Shown: piece after piece, positions 47,916 to 57,981 of the stretch
Numbering within the stretch: the first letter of the stretch is position 1
Layout of the letters: the number at the start of each line of letters is the position of its first letter
IMG/VR virus record: IMGVR_UViG_3300025789_000042
Location: 1-59,290 of that record
Length of the DNA stretch: 59,290 nucleotides
Reading direction: 5' to 3' (one strand)
Source of the DNA: a virus
Taxonomy: Duplodnaviria > Caudoviricetes
Made by a program: the position numbers and the translations under genes
The notes under the pieces: model-generated
Seen by the model: the letters and a program-made list of their open reading frames with translations, nothing else
What the model was told of the DNA's origin: nothing
The model's database searches: none

Positions 47916-50218
47916 CCGAATACCTCTTGTGTGTCGAATCGTGTGGTGTCAACGTACCGTTGTGCTTTTGAGTTCAGTCGAACGCCTCGATAAATGTTCT
48001 GAAGCTCTCCCTCAATCCTTGCGCGATCTGCCAATACGCGATGATCTTGGGTTGCTGCCAAGAATCGACGCTTGAATGCTAAATCGCTGCCCGGAGGAAT
48101 GTTCTTAGCCAAACTCCACTTTTTCCAACACAAAAATACATCGTCTTTGTTGCACTCAGCCAGCGGGTCGTACTCCAGCGCATCGGTCACGAAAGCCCCG
48201 ATAGGGTTGCCCAACTCTTCCATCAACTCAAGCAGTTCCCTGCCCGATTGTGGCTGAATGAAGCGCTGGCCTGTGCGCGCCATGCGGCGTTGTTGGCCTT
48301 CGATTGCCCAGTTGAAAATCCCGGGCAGCTCTTTGGCCAGCTTATCCGCCAGCAGCGTATCTTCCTTGCCGTAAAACGAATTGGACATCTTCAAGACGAT
48401 CATACGCCCTGTCAACGCATTCGAGTTCTCCGTCAACTGCAACGCTTCGTTGGAGTAGATCACAATGCGCGTTGGCAGGTAGCCGCTCCATGCCTCCTTG
48501 TTTTTGCGGTTCACTGTCACCGTGTCGCCGCCGACGATCCTCAGAAGCTGGCTTACCACCGCGCCTCGGTTGCGTTCTGGCGCACGAGCATCGGTAAAAG
48601 AGGCCAACAACTTGCCGATCCAAGGCTGCAAGCCAAACGTATCGCATAGCTCCTCCAGCTGCGGCGCCACGGTGTTGTGCTGCCCCAGCAACGACACCAG
48701 CACCTTGTTGATTGTGCCCTTGCCCGAGCGGCGAGGGCCGATCAGGTTGAAGAACTTCTGTTGGCTTGAGTCACCACTCAAAATGTAGCCAAACATCTCT
48801 TGCAGCGTGATGATGCTGTCTGGATCGTCGCCCCATAGGTCGCTCAAGAACGCCAACCAAGTTGGGCATGTGGCATCTGGGTCGTAAGCAAACGGCAAGC
48901 TGTTCAGCGTGAAGAACCCCAGCGAGTGAGGAATCATCACGTTCTCTTCCGTATGAAACAACCCGTTTTGCAACGACACCAGCTTGGCCGGATCAGGTTT
49001 GTCGCGCCCGTACCCATCCAACCAAACAGGCGGGCGCGTGTTGGCTGTGTTGGGCAAGTGTGTGGCTGCCTGAATGGCGTCCAAGATACCGCTCACCGAC
49101 GAGGCGTTGGGGTTGAACGGGATAAGGTTCATCTTGCGATCGTACTTCTTGCACTTGTCCAAAAAGTTGTACAAGTGCGCGCGCACGGTGGCCGACTCGA
49201 TGTCCTCATAGTGTGTCCCCTTGAACTGGAACATGTCGCCGCCGTAGCTTGTTAGCGTGAAGCCTTCTTCGCAATTGAATTCGCTGTTTAAGAATTCTTT
49301 GGCGTGGTTAAGAGGGCCACCAGTGAGAACTTTTTCACCATTGGCAATGACCTCGGCTTCCTTGAGCTTGTTGACTTTGAACACCAGTGTGCGCAGTGTC
49401 GTGCCCGACGAGCCATGGAATGAGTCCCACTTCTTGGCGCACTCACCCACAGCGTAGGCAGAGCATTTACCGTCGTTGTCCGACCAGCGATCCCACAAGT
49501 CTAACGCCTCCACATCACCACCGAATTGGTGGTGCAGCGCCATGCCTACCTGCAACCAGTCATTGTACCCGCATTCGGGGTCTAGGCGCGGCAGCAGTTC
49601 AGTTTCGACCCGAGCCAAGTCCCAATCCTCAATGGGCGGGCTGTAGTCGGCAAAATCATCGCCCGAGCGATAGCTCTGGCGTTCAGGCACGATGGCCTGA
49701 ACGTCTTGCTCTTCGTCGGGAATGAAGCCGCCACGGGTGTGGCCTGTGACGGTGAAGTATCGGCCTTTGGGGTAAATCTCCAGACCTTTATCATGGTCTA
49801 CGTGCGCTGCATTAAGCTGTGCGCGGGTGAAGATTTTGACCCCTGTGCCTGATGGGCTTACTTCGCAGTAGCCTTGGATTTGCTGTACGATCTTTTCGGC
49901 TTCTTCGCTGAGAGAACCGTTTGGCTCAACGCAGTCGTCCAAGTCGATGCCCAGAATGCCGTCGCTACCGTCAAAGACAAAACCAACGCCATCAAAGCGG
50001 CCAGTTTGGTAGGCTTCTTGTGCATGTAAAAAGTCCGTCCAAGTGTTAGGGTTTGATGAGCTTGCTGATGTGCCCGAAGATTGAAGAGGCAGCTTGCTCC
50101 ACCGCTTGTTTGATTCGGCTCCAACCTCGACTAAACGCCAAAGCACCCAGCGAGGTATTTTCTTGAGTGCGATCGGAATGTTCTCGAATTGCACCGGCAG
50201 CACTGATGGCTTGGTCAT
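47912..50218 (-). CDS. Primase-polymerase/PriCT-2/D5-like SF3 helicase
   Basis: GIDLDDC, EVSPSGTG, RYFTVTG; WLQVGMAL; GPRRSGKG Walker A. Confidence 0.9.
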   Translation of the reverse strand: MTKPSVLPVQFENIPIALKKIPRWVLWRLVEVGAESNKRWSKLPLQSSGTSASSSNPNTWTDFLHAQEAYQTGRFDGVGFVFDGSDGILGIDLDDCVEPNGSLSEEAEKIVQQIQGYCEVSPSGTGVKIFTRAQLNAAHVDHDKGLEIYPKGRYFTVTGHTRGGFIPDEEQDVQAIVPERQSYRSGDDFADYSPPIEDWDLARVETELLPRLDPECGYNDWLQVGMALHHQFGGDVEALDLWDRWSDNDGKCSAYAVGECAKKWDSFHGSSGTTLRTLVFKVNKLKEAEVIANGEKVLTGGPLNHAKEFLNSEFNCEEGFTLTSYGGDMFQFKGTHYEDIESATVRAHLYNFLDKCKKYDRKMNLIPFNPNASSVSGILDAIQAATHLPNTANTRPPVWLDGYGRDKPDPAKLVSLQNGLFHTEENVMIPHSLGFFTLNSLPFAYDPDATCPTWLAFLSDLWGDDPDSIITLQEMFGYILSGDSSQQKFFNLIGPRRSGKGTINKVLVSLLGQHNTVAPQLEELCDTFGLQPWIGKLLASFTDARAPERNRGAVVSQLLRIVGGDTVTVNRKNKEAWSGYLPTRIVIYSNEALQLTENSNALTGRMIVLKMSNSFYGKEDTLLADKLAKELPGIFNWAIEGQQRRMARTGQRFIQPQSGRELLELMEELGNPIGAFVTDALEYDPLAECNKDDVFLCWKKWSLAKNIPPGSDLAFKRRFLAATQDHRVLADRARIEGELQNIYRGVRLNSKAQRYVDTTRFDTQEVFG

Positions 50219-50399
50219 AAATAGTCGTTACCTTAACAATTGATCCGTAGGGGGTGTCGATGGATGGGCGGATGCCCTTGAGCATCGCCCCGATGTGGCG
50301 CGGATTGCATTCCAGTTCCTCAGCGCACTGCTTGATGCTGGGAAATTCGTGGAGCACAGGCTCCCCTTTTAATGTGACTCGAAGAAGATGGATTTTCAT
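50046..50399 (-). CDS. Small HTH (NUMOD1-like) protein
   Basis: EFPSIKQCAEELEC; overlaps the primase start. Confidence 0.5.
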   Translation of the reverse strand: MKIHLLRVTLKGEPVLHEFPSIKQCAEELECNPRHIGAMLKGIRPSIDTPYGSIVKVTTIYDQAISAAGAIREHSDRTQENTSLGALAFSRGWSRIKQAVEQAASSIFGHISKLIKP

Positions 50400-51754
50400 T
50401 TGGTGACGCCTTTCACAATGTCGGCAAACAATTCGCGGCGCGACTTGGCATTTTTAATACTCGCAATCAAGTCAACAAGAACGCCCTCTAAACGGCTGAT
50501 GACGTTATCCATCTCAACCACGATTGGCCAACCGTATTTGGATGCCGCTTGCTGATCATTCAACCCTTCTTCCAAGGCCTTGTTGATCAAAGGAGAGAAG
50601 TTTTTTTGCTCTGACGCGCTGACTGTGTGGAATCGCAAAAACCCTGTGAGTTCCAGCACAATAAAGATCACCGCTGGCGCAAGCACAATGATTGGTAGTG
50701 CTTGAACTGGGTCTAGCAAATCTGCTGCGACATAGGTGATCAGTGCGCCGATCAAATACGCTACGTAAAGAATTGTTCTCATTGTTGGCCTTTCTGTTCT
50801 GGCAATAACCCATTTTCCACATTGTGCAATCTATCCTTGGTTGCCTGATGTGAAGCTTGTTCTTCTTGCAGCTCTCGTTCGAGGCGAAGATTTCTCTCGC
50901 GCAAGAATCGATGCTCCATTTCTAGCTCGTCTACGTTGATCATTTTTCTGCTCCACTAGACAGCCAGTCATCGGCTTCACCAAAGTCGCCGTTTGACATG
51001 CGCGCACGGCTCTCATAAATGTACTTTGGCTCAACGGCGCGCCACGCGGCCTTGAGTTCTTCGTACCTCACAAACGGTTCGTTGACAATGAATACAGGCG
51101 TCAACTCACCATCGTGCTTGATGGAACCACAAAAAATGTCCGGCGCTGTGCCGGACAACTGCCATGCCTTGTAGGCTTTGCGCATCGCCAACCATGCGGC
51201 TCGGACTTGTTCTGTCCATTGTGCCGCGTGTTCGGCAGGCAACCACGCTACCTTACGCTGAAAGTCACTCTTTTCGTGAGGTGTCATTTGAGATGCTTTC
51301 TTTTAAAATTCTTGCAAAACCGAAGCGAACCAATACCGCGAGTCCCCTGCCCGACAAACGCACTGTGGCGTCCGCCGAACCATCGTGGTTTTCTCTGATG
51401 TGCATGACTCGGATGTCTTTGTCCCAATCATGAATGTCTACTTCACTGATCATTCAATTTCTCCTTTTCGCGCATAATGACACCAAACTTCCATTCTAGG
51501 TGCGCCCGCAATGCCACTGTCGCACCCAAGGCTTCTTCAACCGTTAACGTGCTTCCTTTTTCTTGCAAGACATCAAAAAACGCTTCAAGTAGTTCTTTCA
51601 TTTTGTTTCCTTATTTGACTGTTATGTACAAGCCTACGTTGGCCATGGCATAGCTGATGTACATCAGCGCCATGCCCGCGTTGCCCTTGGTGAACTGCTC
51701 CACTGCCACGTAGGCGTAGATCAATCCGGTGAGGATGATTAGGTTGCCGCTCAT
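50396..51754 (-). CDS. Cluster of small hypothetical/membrane genes (50396-50782, 50940-51287, 51265-51453, 51611-51754)
   Basis: Co-oriented ORFs with RBS; two are hydrophobic. Confidence 0.55.
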
Positions 51755-52653
51755 CAGAATAACTCTCGTTTGAGTTCTTTAATGCGCGCCGTCACATAAC
51801 CACTCAACAACTTGAAATTGATTGTTGGATTTTTGAATTCCTTCAAAATTTCCCACATTTCTTCCGTGATGATATCATAGTAGACCGTGTGCAGCAACCG
51901 AGGAATCATTTTGCTGTGCCACCCCTCACCCGTCTCGTTGATGATTTTGGCGTGAACCTTATCGACGAGATGTTGAGTCACAAACTTTTCAGCAATCCGA
52001 GCCTCAATGATGTCGCCAACGATTTCAGTCGCGCCCATTTCTTTGGTGTGGCGCTCTTTGAATTCATTGGTGACGATCTTTGCCCACACTGTACGACCGT
52101 ACTTATTTACAAAGTCGTAGTTTTTTATGACAACGCCCTCGCCAATACCATGGCCGTCTTTAATCAGCACCTTATTGAGTTCAATACTTTTGCTGAACAT
52201 CTCATGGCTGCCGTTTTTGATGGTTTGGATTGGAGCAAGGTAATCGATACCATGGTTGATTAAAGTGTTCACATAATCATCATACTCGTAAAACTCTCCT
52301 GTACGGCGGCTCACCACGTCAAAGACGTAGAACTTGCGCCATGCGTCATCACGGTACGTTTTGAGTGTGTGCGGCACAAGCCATTCGCCATACAAAATGG
52401 CATCAGGGCAGTTCTCAAAAAATGCTTTGTATCTCGGGTCTTCACGCATGTGCGCGTGAAAACCTGCGTTGTCTTCCTCTGAGCTGAGTTCTCGGTTGCG
52501 AGAACCCGCACAGAGAGTGCCGTAGTCGTCTCTCCATATTGAGGCGTTTGTGCCGTCAAGTTTAGGGAAAACGTAGCATGTGCCTATTTCAATTCCCTCA
52601 ACTTCAGCCGTGCCAAACTTCTCGACGTGCATGTACTTTTGAAAGCCGCTCAT
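51754..52653 (-). CDS. ATP-dependent RNA ligase (Rnl2-like)
   Basis: Motif I KLDGTN, YGEW, FDV, EGVVIK, WAK. Confidence 0.85.
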   Translation of the reverse strand: MSGFQKYMHVEKFGTAEVEGIEIGTCYVFPKLDGTNASIWRDDYGTLCAGSRNRELSSEEDNAGFHAHMREDPRYKAFFENCPDAILYGEWLVPHTLKTYRDDAWRKFYVFDVVSRRTGEFYEYDDYVNTLINHGIDYLAPIQTIKNGSHEMFSKSIELNKVLIKDGHGIGEGVVIKNYDFVNKYGRTVWAKIVTNEFKERHTKEMGATEIVGDIIEARIAEKFVTQHLVDKVHAKIINETGEGWHSKMIPRLLHTVYYDIITEEMWEILKEFKNPTINFKLLSGYVTARIKELKRELF

Positions 52654-52662
52654 AGGTTGTCC

Positions 52663-53163
52663 TTAGTTGAGTGCGAAGGGGCTGACGACAATGCGAGGCT
52701 CAATGTACAGGGGTTGTGCCTTGCCCGTCTTGTGGTCAACACACAGTACCCAAGTACCGTCCGCGCTGGCGGGGCTGTACAGCCCGTTGGGGTCGGCTTG
52801 TGGCAAGGTGACGTTGCCGTGGTCGGGTGTTTCGCTCATGCGTGCCACTCGTTGCGGGTTGGTGTACTGGGTGGCATAGGGCAAGCCAAAGCCAACAGAA
52901 TCACACACTTTGTGCATATTGCCGTTCATGTCCATAATGTATGTGGTGGTGGCCACATTGCGGTCACGCAGCTCCAAGATGTCTTTCATCATGCGCTTCT
53001 CAGCGAAGTTCACGATGGCAGGCATACCCACTTGTTGAACTGCATTCAAGCTCAACTCTTCTTGCTTGGCGCGTTCGATTTGAGTTGATGTTGGGTGTGG
53101 CGCGTCACATGCGGCCAAGAGGATGGTGACAGCGACGAGGAGAGTTTTCAAAATGGTTTTCAT
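52663..53163 (-). CDS. Lipoprotein
   Basis: Signal peptide with LLAA-C lipobox. Confidence 0.75.
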   Translation of the reverse strand: MKTILKTLLVAVTILLAACDAPHPTSTQIERAKQEELSLNAVQQVGMPAIVNFAEKRMMKDILELRDRNVATTTYIMDMNGNMHKVCDSVGFGLPYATQYTNPQRVARMSETPDHGNVTLPQADPNGLYSPASADGTWVLCVDHKTGKAQPLYIEPRIVVSPFALN

Positions 53164-53486
53164 TGTCCTGCTTTCAGTTGGTTGTAGAAATTACGCAAGT
53201 TTGCGGGCATGCGGTCTTCGGGGTACACAGAGAAGCGGTGAAGCACGATGGCTCGTAACGCTTGTTTGTGTTCTGCATCGGCGTTATTGTACGCCAATTC
53301 AAGCTCCTCCAAGTCGCGCACCATGCCATCGTTGTATTGCTCCGACTCCTTGAAGGTCTTGTAGTCCGTGGCTCGATACCGTGGAGCAAAGTAGTTGTAT
53401 GCCTCATAGCTTGCTAAGCTGAGAGCAAAAATCAAAGCCAGTGTGGCCATGACCAGCGTGATGCCTTCGATTATTGTGCGGATCAT
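53160..53486 (-). CDS. Membrane-anchored hypothetical protein
   Basis: N-terminal TM; coupled to the lipoprotein gene. Confidence 0.65.
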   Translation of the reverse strand: MIRTIIEGITLVMATLALIFALSLASYEAYNYFAPRYRATDYKTFKESEQYNDGMVRDLEELELAYNNADAEHKQALRAIVLHRFSVYPEDRMPANLRNFYNQLKAGQ

Positions 53487-53821
53487 GTTGTTTCCTTTTC
53501 GGTTTGTTTGTCAGTGGACTGCGCGGGTTGTTTGTCCCTGATAGGGAACAGATACTCATCGGCGTATACTCGTTCAAAACATTGATATACGTTTCCTGTC
53601 TCTGTGCGCACGGTCAAAGGAGAACCCTCTGTTTGGACAACCCATGAAATACACTTTTTGGTTTTCAAGTATTTTATTGCCTCGCCGTTAACTGTATTAT
53701 GACTTGACCCATCTACAGCTTCACTCACCACCTTGACAATTTTCCCGATGTTTTCGGGGCAGCGTGGTGACTTGATGATGATTGCCAAATCACCAACTTG
53801 GCAAACTGGTTTTTTATTCAT
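53483..53821 (-). CDS. Hypothetical protein
   Basis: MNKKPVCQVGDLAII..ENIGKIVKV. Confidence 0.6.
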   Translation of the reverse strand: MNKKPVCQVGDLAIIIKSPRCPENIGKIVKVVSEAVDGSSHNTVNGEAIKYLKTKKCISWVVQTEGSPLTVRTETGNVYQCFERVYADEYLFPIRDKQPAQSTDKQTEKETT

Positions 53822-54350
53822 TCTCTTGCTCCTCTGCAAGTTGATCGCGGTTGAATGCGTCAAGACTGATTGGTTGTCGTTGCATGATGGTGTATCGGTC
53901 GCGCACCACCTGAACAGGCAAGCTCGTGCGTCCGGCAATCTCGTAAATTGTCGGCTCGCGGCACAACTCTTGTGTGAGTTGATTCTCGGCCTTTTTGATT
54001 TTACGGATGCTTTCTTGCACGGGGATTGGCACATGGATGATGAGTCCCGTGTTCTCGATGGCGCGCATGACTTGGCTGTAAATCAGTTTGCGCGCATAGG
54101 TTGCAAACCGATTCTTTGGCTCCCATGTGCGCGCAGCGCGCATCAAAGCGATGTTGCCTTCTTGCACCAAGTCATCACGGTCTAAGCTGCTGCTGAGATT
54201 CCACGCTGGTAGCTTCTGCACAACAAACACCACGAGGCCAAGGTTGGCCAACACCAGTTGGGTGCAGGCGTCCTCGTCCCCGTGCTCTTTGATGCGTCGA
54301 GCCAGTTCAATCTCTTCCTCGGCGGTGAGCCTTGGTGTTTTTTTGCTCAC
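53814..54350 (-). CDS. Sigma70-family factor (regions 1.2-3, lacking region 4)
   Basis: LTAEEEIELARRI, LVLANLGLV, DLVQEGNIALMRA, RFATYA, IHVP, REPT, ISLD then stop. Confidence 0.88.
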   Translation of the reverse strand: MSKKTPRLTAEEEIELARRIKEHGDEDACTQLVLANLGLVVFVVQKLPAWNLSSSLDRDDLVQEGNIALMRAARTWEPKNRFATYARKLIYSQVMRAIENTGLIIHVPIPVQESIRKIKKAENQLTQELCREPTIYEIAGRTSLPVQVVRDRYTIMQRQPISLDAFNRDQLAEEQENE

Positions 54351-54810
54351 TTGATCACCTCTGCTGATTTCAGTTTGCCCGTCCCACCATCAAAGGTGAG
54401 TTTCAGGTTGTCTCTTGAACCCGACCAATCTGTAAACCCACTTGTCAGGCCAGTGTGTGCTATCCAACCAAGCAACACAGTATCTTTGGATTTGACGCGG
54501 TACTTGTTGTCATCCATCCATTGTGGGAATGGTATATCAACCCAACATCCATCGTTCAATATTTGGATTTGTGCTCCATCAGCCCATGCTTTAATGGTTT
54601 CAGCGTGTACGTGAGGTTTGTTCATATTGCATCCTTTCCTAAGACCACTTTGGCGCAGAACTTGCGCACTTCTAAAAGAGGTTGATCTTCAAACGATTTG
54701 TAGCAATGCGCTACTGCGCGGTCTTGCGCGTTGTTGTCGCCGTATTGCGCGCCGCCCAAAAAGACCAGCCAAACACCTGCGGCGACCATGATTTTTTCAA
54801 CTGTTGACAT
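54347..54810 (-). CDS. Two small hypothetical genes (54347-54625, 54622-54810)
   Basis: Coupled ORFs; HAETIKAWADGAQIQ phage motif. Confidence 0.6.
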
Positions 54811-54812
54811 TC

Positions 54813-56018
54813 TTAATTTCCTTTCACGCAGAGTACCTGCTTGAGTTGATGAACGACCTCAACGAGATCGGTTTGATTGGCCATCACTTGGTCAATGTCT
54901 TTGTAGCTGGCTGGGATTTCGTCAATGACTCCTTCGTCTTTGCGGCACTCGACTCCCATGGTCTGATCAATGAGATCAGTGAGGGAAAATCGGCGCTTGG
55001 CTTCTGCACGGGACATAGCCCGACCCGCGCCGTGCGAGCAAGAACAGTAAGCTTGAATGTCGCCGCGACCTCGTACAATGTAGCTTCTTTGGCCCATGCT
55101 TCCCGGAATAATTCCGAGATCACCAAGTCGCGCTCGAATAGCGCCCTTGCGTGTAACCCACATATTTCGTCCGAAGTGGTTTTCTTTTTCAACATAGTTG
55201 TGGTGGCAGTTGATTGCCTCCTGTGTGATGGTGAATGGCTTGGTGATCTCTTGGCGCAACGCCGCGATGACCTCTTGCATCATGATGCGTCGGTTCTCAA
55301 GCGCGTAGTTCTGCGCCCAACCCACAGCGGCCATGTAGTCATCAAAGTTCTCGGTGTCTTCGGGGAAGTACGCAAGGTTGTCGTCAGGCAGGGACACAAA
55401 AAACTTCTCCATGTCGCGCTTGGCCAGCCCGATGTAGTGCGTACCAATCATGTTGCCAATGCCGCGAGAGCCTGAGTGCAGCATGATCCACACATCTTGG
55501 TTCTCGTCAATGCAAATCTCAATGAAGTGGTTGCCACTGCCCAGCGTACCGAGTTGGCTTGCGGCCTTTTCGCGGAACTTCTGCATATTATTTTTATACA
55601 AAGGTTGCACCACTGAGTTCATAAATTCCGCATTTATAGGCGTAATCATTTCAAGTTCAACTTCGCGCATATGGTCATGCCCACCACCTACACCCAGTGG
55701 CACGCGCTTCTCGATCTCATCGCGCAGGGGTTTCAAGTTGTCAGGCAGGTCGCTGGCCTTCAATGACAGTCGCACCGCGTTCATGCCACAGCCAATGTCA
55801 ACACCCACAGCGGCGGGGATGACGGCCTTCTCGGTAGCGATCACAGTGCCCACGGTCGAGCCAATCCCTGCATGAACATCGGGCATACACGCTACCCCGT
55901 TTGATGCAATGAATGGCAGGCGCGATAGGTTCTTGAGTTGGGTCAAGGCGCTGGCCTCAACTTCGTCAGTCCAAATTTTGATTGGGCGTGCGCCTTGTTC
56001 TTGAATGACTTGTTTCAT
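54813..56018 (-). CDS. rtcB: RNA-splicing ligase RtcB
   Basis: MPDVHAG, VGVDIGCG, GSGNHF, HSGSRG, HHNY, IPGSMG, SCSHGAGR. Confidence 0.96.
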   Translation of the reverse strand: MKQVIQEQGARPIKIWTDEVEASALTQLKNLSRLPFIASNGVACMPDVHAGIGSTVGTVIATEKAVIPAAVGVDIGCGMNAVRLSLKASDLPDNLKPLRDEIEKRVPLGVGGGHDHMREVELEMITPINAEFMNSVVQPLYKNNMQKFREKAASQLGTLGSGNHFIEICIDENQDVWIMLHSGSRGIGNMIGTHYIGLAKRDMEKFFVSLPDDNLAYFPEDTENFDDYMAAVGWAQNYALENRRIMMQEVIAALRQEITKPFTITQEAINCHHNYVEKENHFGRNMWVTRKGAIRARLGDLGIIPGSMGQRSYIVRGRGDIQAYCSCSHGAGRAMSRAEAKRRFSLTDLIDQTMGVECRKDEGVIDEIPASYKDIDQVMANQTDLVEVVHQLKQVLCVKGN

Positions 56019-56188
56019 TCGTCAATCTCCTTGAATACTGGTTTGGCTTCGTGCAAAACATACGACCAGCGTTTGCCACAATAGGTACACAGGGTTTCCC
56101 CTGTGCCCGTCTCTGAGTCATCCTTTTGGTATTGCATTGTGCAGTGCTTGCGAGGACAATCTTCCATTTCTTTTGGGATGATAATCAT
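56015..56188 (-). CDS. Small Cys-rich protein
   Basis: CPRKHC...CTYCG (read manually). Confidence 0.5.
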   Translation of the reverse strand: MIIIPKEMEDCPRKHCTMQYQKDDSETGTGETLCTYCGKRWSYVLHEAKPVFKEIDE

Positions 56189-56523
56189 ACAGCTTGGTAT
56201 TTTGTGACCATGACTTGCTTTGGCTCAACAAAGAGCCACTCGGTGAATTCAGCACCTTGGTAGGACGCATACCAACCTTGGAATTTGACGTACACATCTT
56301 GGCCGTCTTTGCTGAATTTGTACACCGACCAATAATCCTCCCCCTCACCCTCACCGCCGTGGTTGTCTTCGAACTCCACGGTGATGCCGTCAAGTGATTT
56401 TTTAAACTCGATGGTTTCATCCTCATCATACTCGCTCACTTTGGGGGAGAACCCAGTTTCAAAAAAGTCGTTGATAACGTCGCTTGGTGCTGCATCCAAA
56501 ATGGCTTTGATTGTGTCTTTCAT
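56185..56523 (-). CDS. Conserved acidic phage protein
   Basis: GGEGEGEDYWSVYKF..GWYASYQG. Confidence 0.75.
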   Translation of the reverse strand: MKDTIKAILDAAPSDVINDFFETGFSPKVSEYDEDETIEFKKSLDGITVEFEDNHGGEGEGEDYWSVYKFSKDGQDVYVKFQGWYASYQGAEFTEWLFVEPKQVMVTKYQAV

Positions 56524-57311
56524 GTCAATTCCTTTTTAACGTGGTTGAATTTACTTTGGTCAAAGTGACTCATCACCTCGGGGTAATGGTCGATTGCATA
56601 GTCACGAAACCAGCCTGAACAAAGTGTGGTGCACACCTTGTCTACGGCTTTGATGTATGCCTTCTTAGTTGGGTATTCCCACTTATTAGGTATCATCATT
56701 CGCTCCATTGCAATTACGTGCGCCTCTTCGGCGATGCACTTGATTTTATCCTCGTGCATTAGATTGTACCACAAGTCCTTGCTGCACCATGCCAGCGCCG
56801 AATCCGGCTGCAAGCGGGTGTACAAAGGCTTGTCGTAGTAGGCCACCAACTCATGCAGGTGGTCATGGTCGTATTTCTTCTTGACTGCATCATCAAAAAA
56901 ATCTTCCTTGGTCTGCATCAAGTTTGGGTTGCCCTGTGGGTAGGCCTCATGCGTCAGGCGTGTGCGCTCCTCCAAAAAGCTGTTGAGGTGCGCACTTCTG
57001 CTCCCCGCCAAGTGCCTGTGGTACATGGTGATGTGCTTTTGAAAGCTCAGGTCACGCCACAAGTGTGATCGCTTGATCGCGGCCAAAACGCTTGGTAGGG
57101 CAACGTAGACCATTTGACCAGCAAACTCGATGGTGTACTGAGGGGTTGTCCACCTTTGCACTTCGCTGTTGTTCAGGTGCTCGGGGTTGTGCCACTCAGC
57201 TCCCCCAATGGGCGCTTCGCTGATGATGTCCCAATCTGCATCGTTGCGCAGCTTGAAACTTTTTGACCAGTGGGCCAATGCGCGTGAGCCGATCAGTACA
57301 TTGCGTGTCAT
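56520..57311 (-). CDS. Phage protein with nucleotidyltransferase-like N-terminus
   Basis: LIGSRAL..DWDI; YDHDHLHE; TTLCSGWFRDYA. Confidence 0.65.
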   Translation of the reverse strand: MTRNVLIGSRALAHWSKSFKLRNDADWDIISEAPIGGAEWHNPEHLNNSEVQRWTTPQYTIEFAGQMVYVALPSVLAAIKRSHLWRDLSFQKHITMYHRHLAGSRSAHLNSFLEERTRLTHEAYPQGNPNLMQTKEDFFDDAVKKKYDHDHLHELVAYYDKPLYTRLQPDSALAWCSKDLWYNLMHEDKIKCIAEEAHVIAMERMMIPNKWEYPTKKAYIKAVDKVCTTLCSGWFRDYAIDHYPEVMSHFDQSKFNHVKKELT

Positions 57312-57981
57312 TCGTTTCTCTCTTTTCTTAACGTATTTTCAAAAGGAGGCCAATGCCAGTCGCTTTTGTCCTCGGGCATTCTGTGCCTGACGCTTACAGT
57401 AGTTTCCGTCACACAAAAACGCTCCATGTTTTTCCCGTCTTCAAAATCAGATATGTCTAGCTCCGTCCACGCTCCTTTTTTCAATAGGATTTTCATTCGT
57501 GGTGCTCCTTAAATGTGAACTGTATTTGACACCAAAAAGATGTCAAGGGCTTTGTGCAAACCTTCGCGGAAGGTTTTGTCGTCGAGAAAACTGTCCAAGC
57601 ATTCATGCAAAAAATCACGGTTGGCTTGACCAATAGTGCGGCCATCTTTAATTTTTAGTTTGTTCATCAGTGCTTGTTGTATGGCGTCTCCGGCCTTGAA
57701 CTCAATCGAACTCATGTCCTCTTTGCAGGCCACCGCCACACCAAGCCCGTGTTCACTAATAAGCGCATAGCCAAGTTTTAAATCTTTCATTCGTGGTGCT
57801 CCTTGAGTTGGTCGCGCCGACCCTCCCAGTTGCAGGTCAGGCAGGTTGCTGGTGAGTTCCAATCATGCGGCTTCATGCTGTGTGAATAATGTTCGCCCGT
57901 GTTCACCATGAACTTTTGATGGTGCTCTGTTGTGACCTCTGAACTGCCACATTGCGGGCAGAGGTGAAATGTTTCGCTCAT
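57308..57981 (-). CDS. Three small hypothetical genes (57308-57496, 57509-57790, 57787-57981; the last a zinc ribbon)
   Basis: AAGGAG RBS; CPQC/CLTC in the last. Confidence 0.6.
57491..57804. repeat. 20-bp direct repeat flanking one gene
   Basis: TTTCATTCGTGGTGCTCCTT at 57491-57510 and 57785-57804. Confidence 0.85.
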
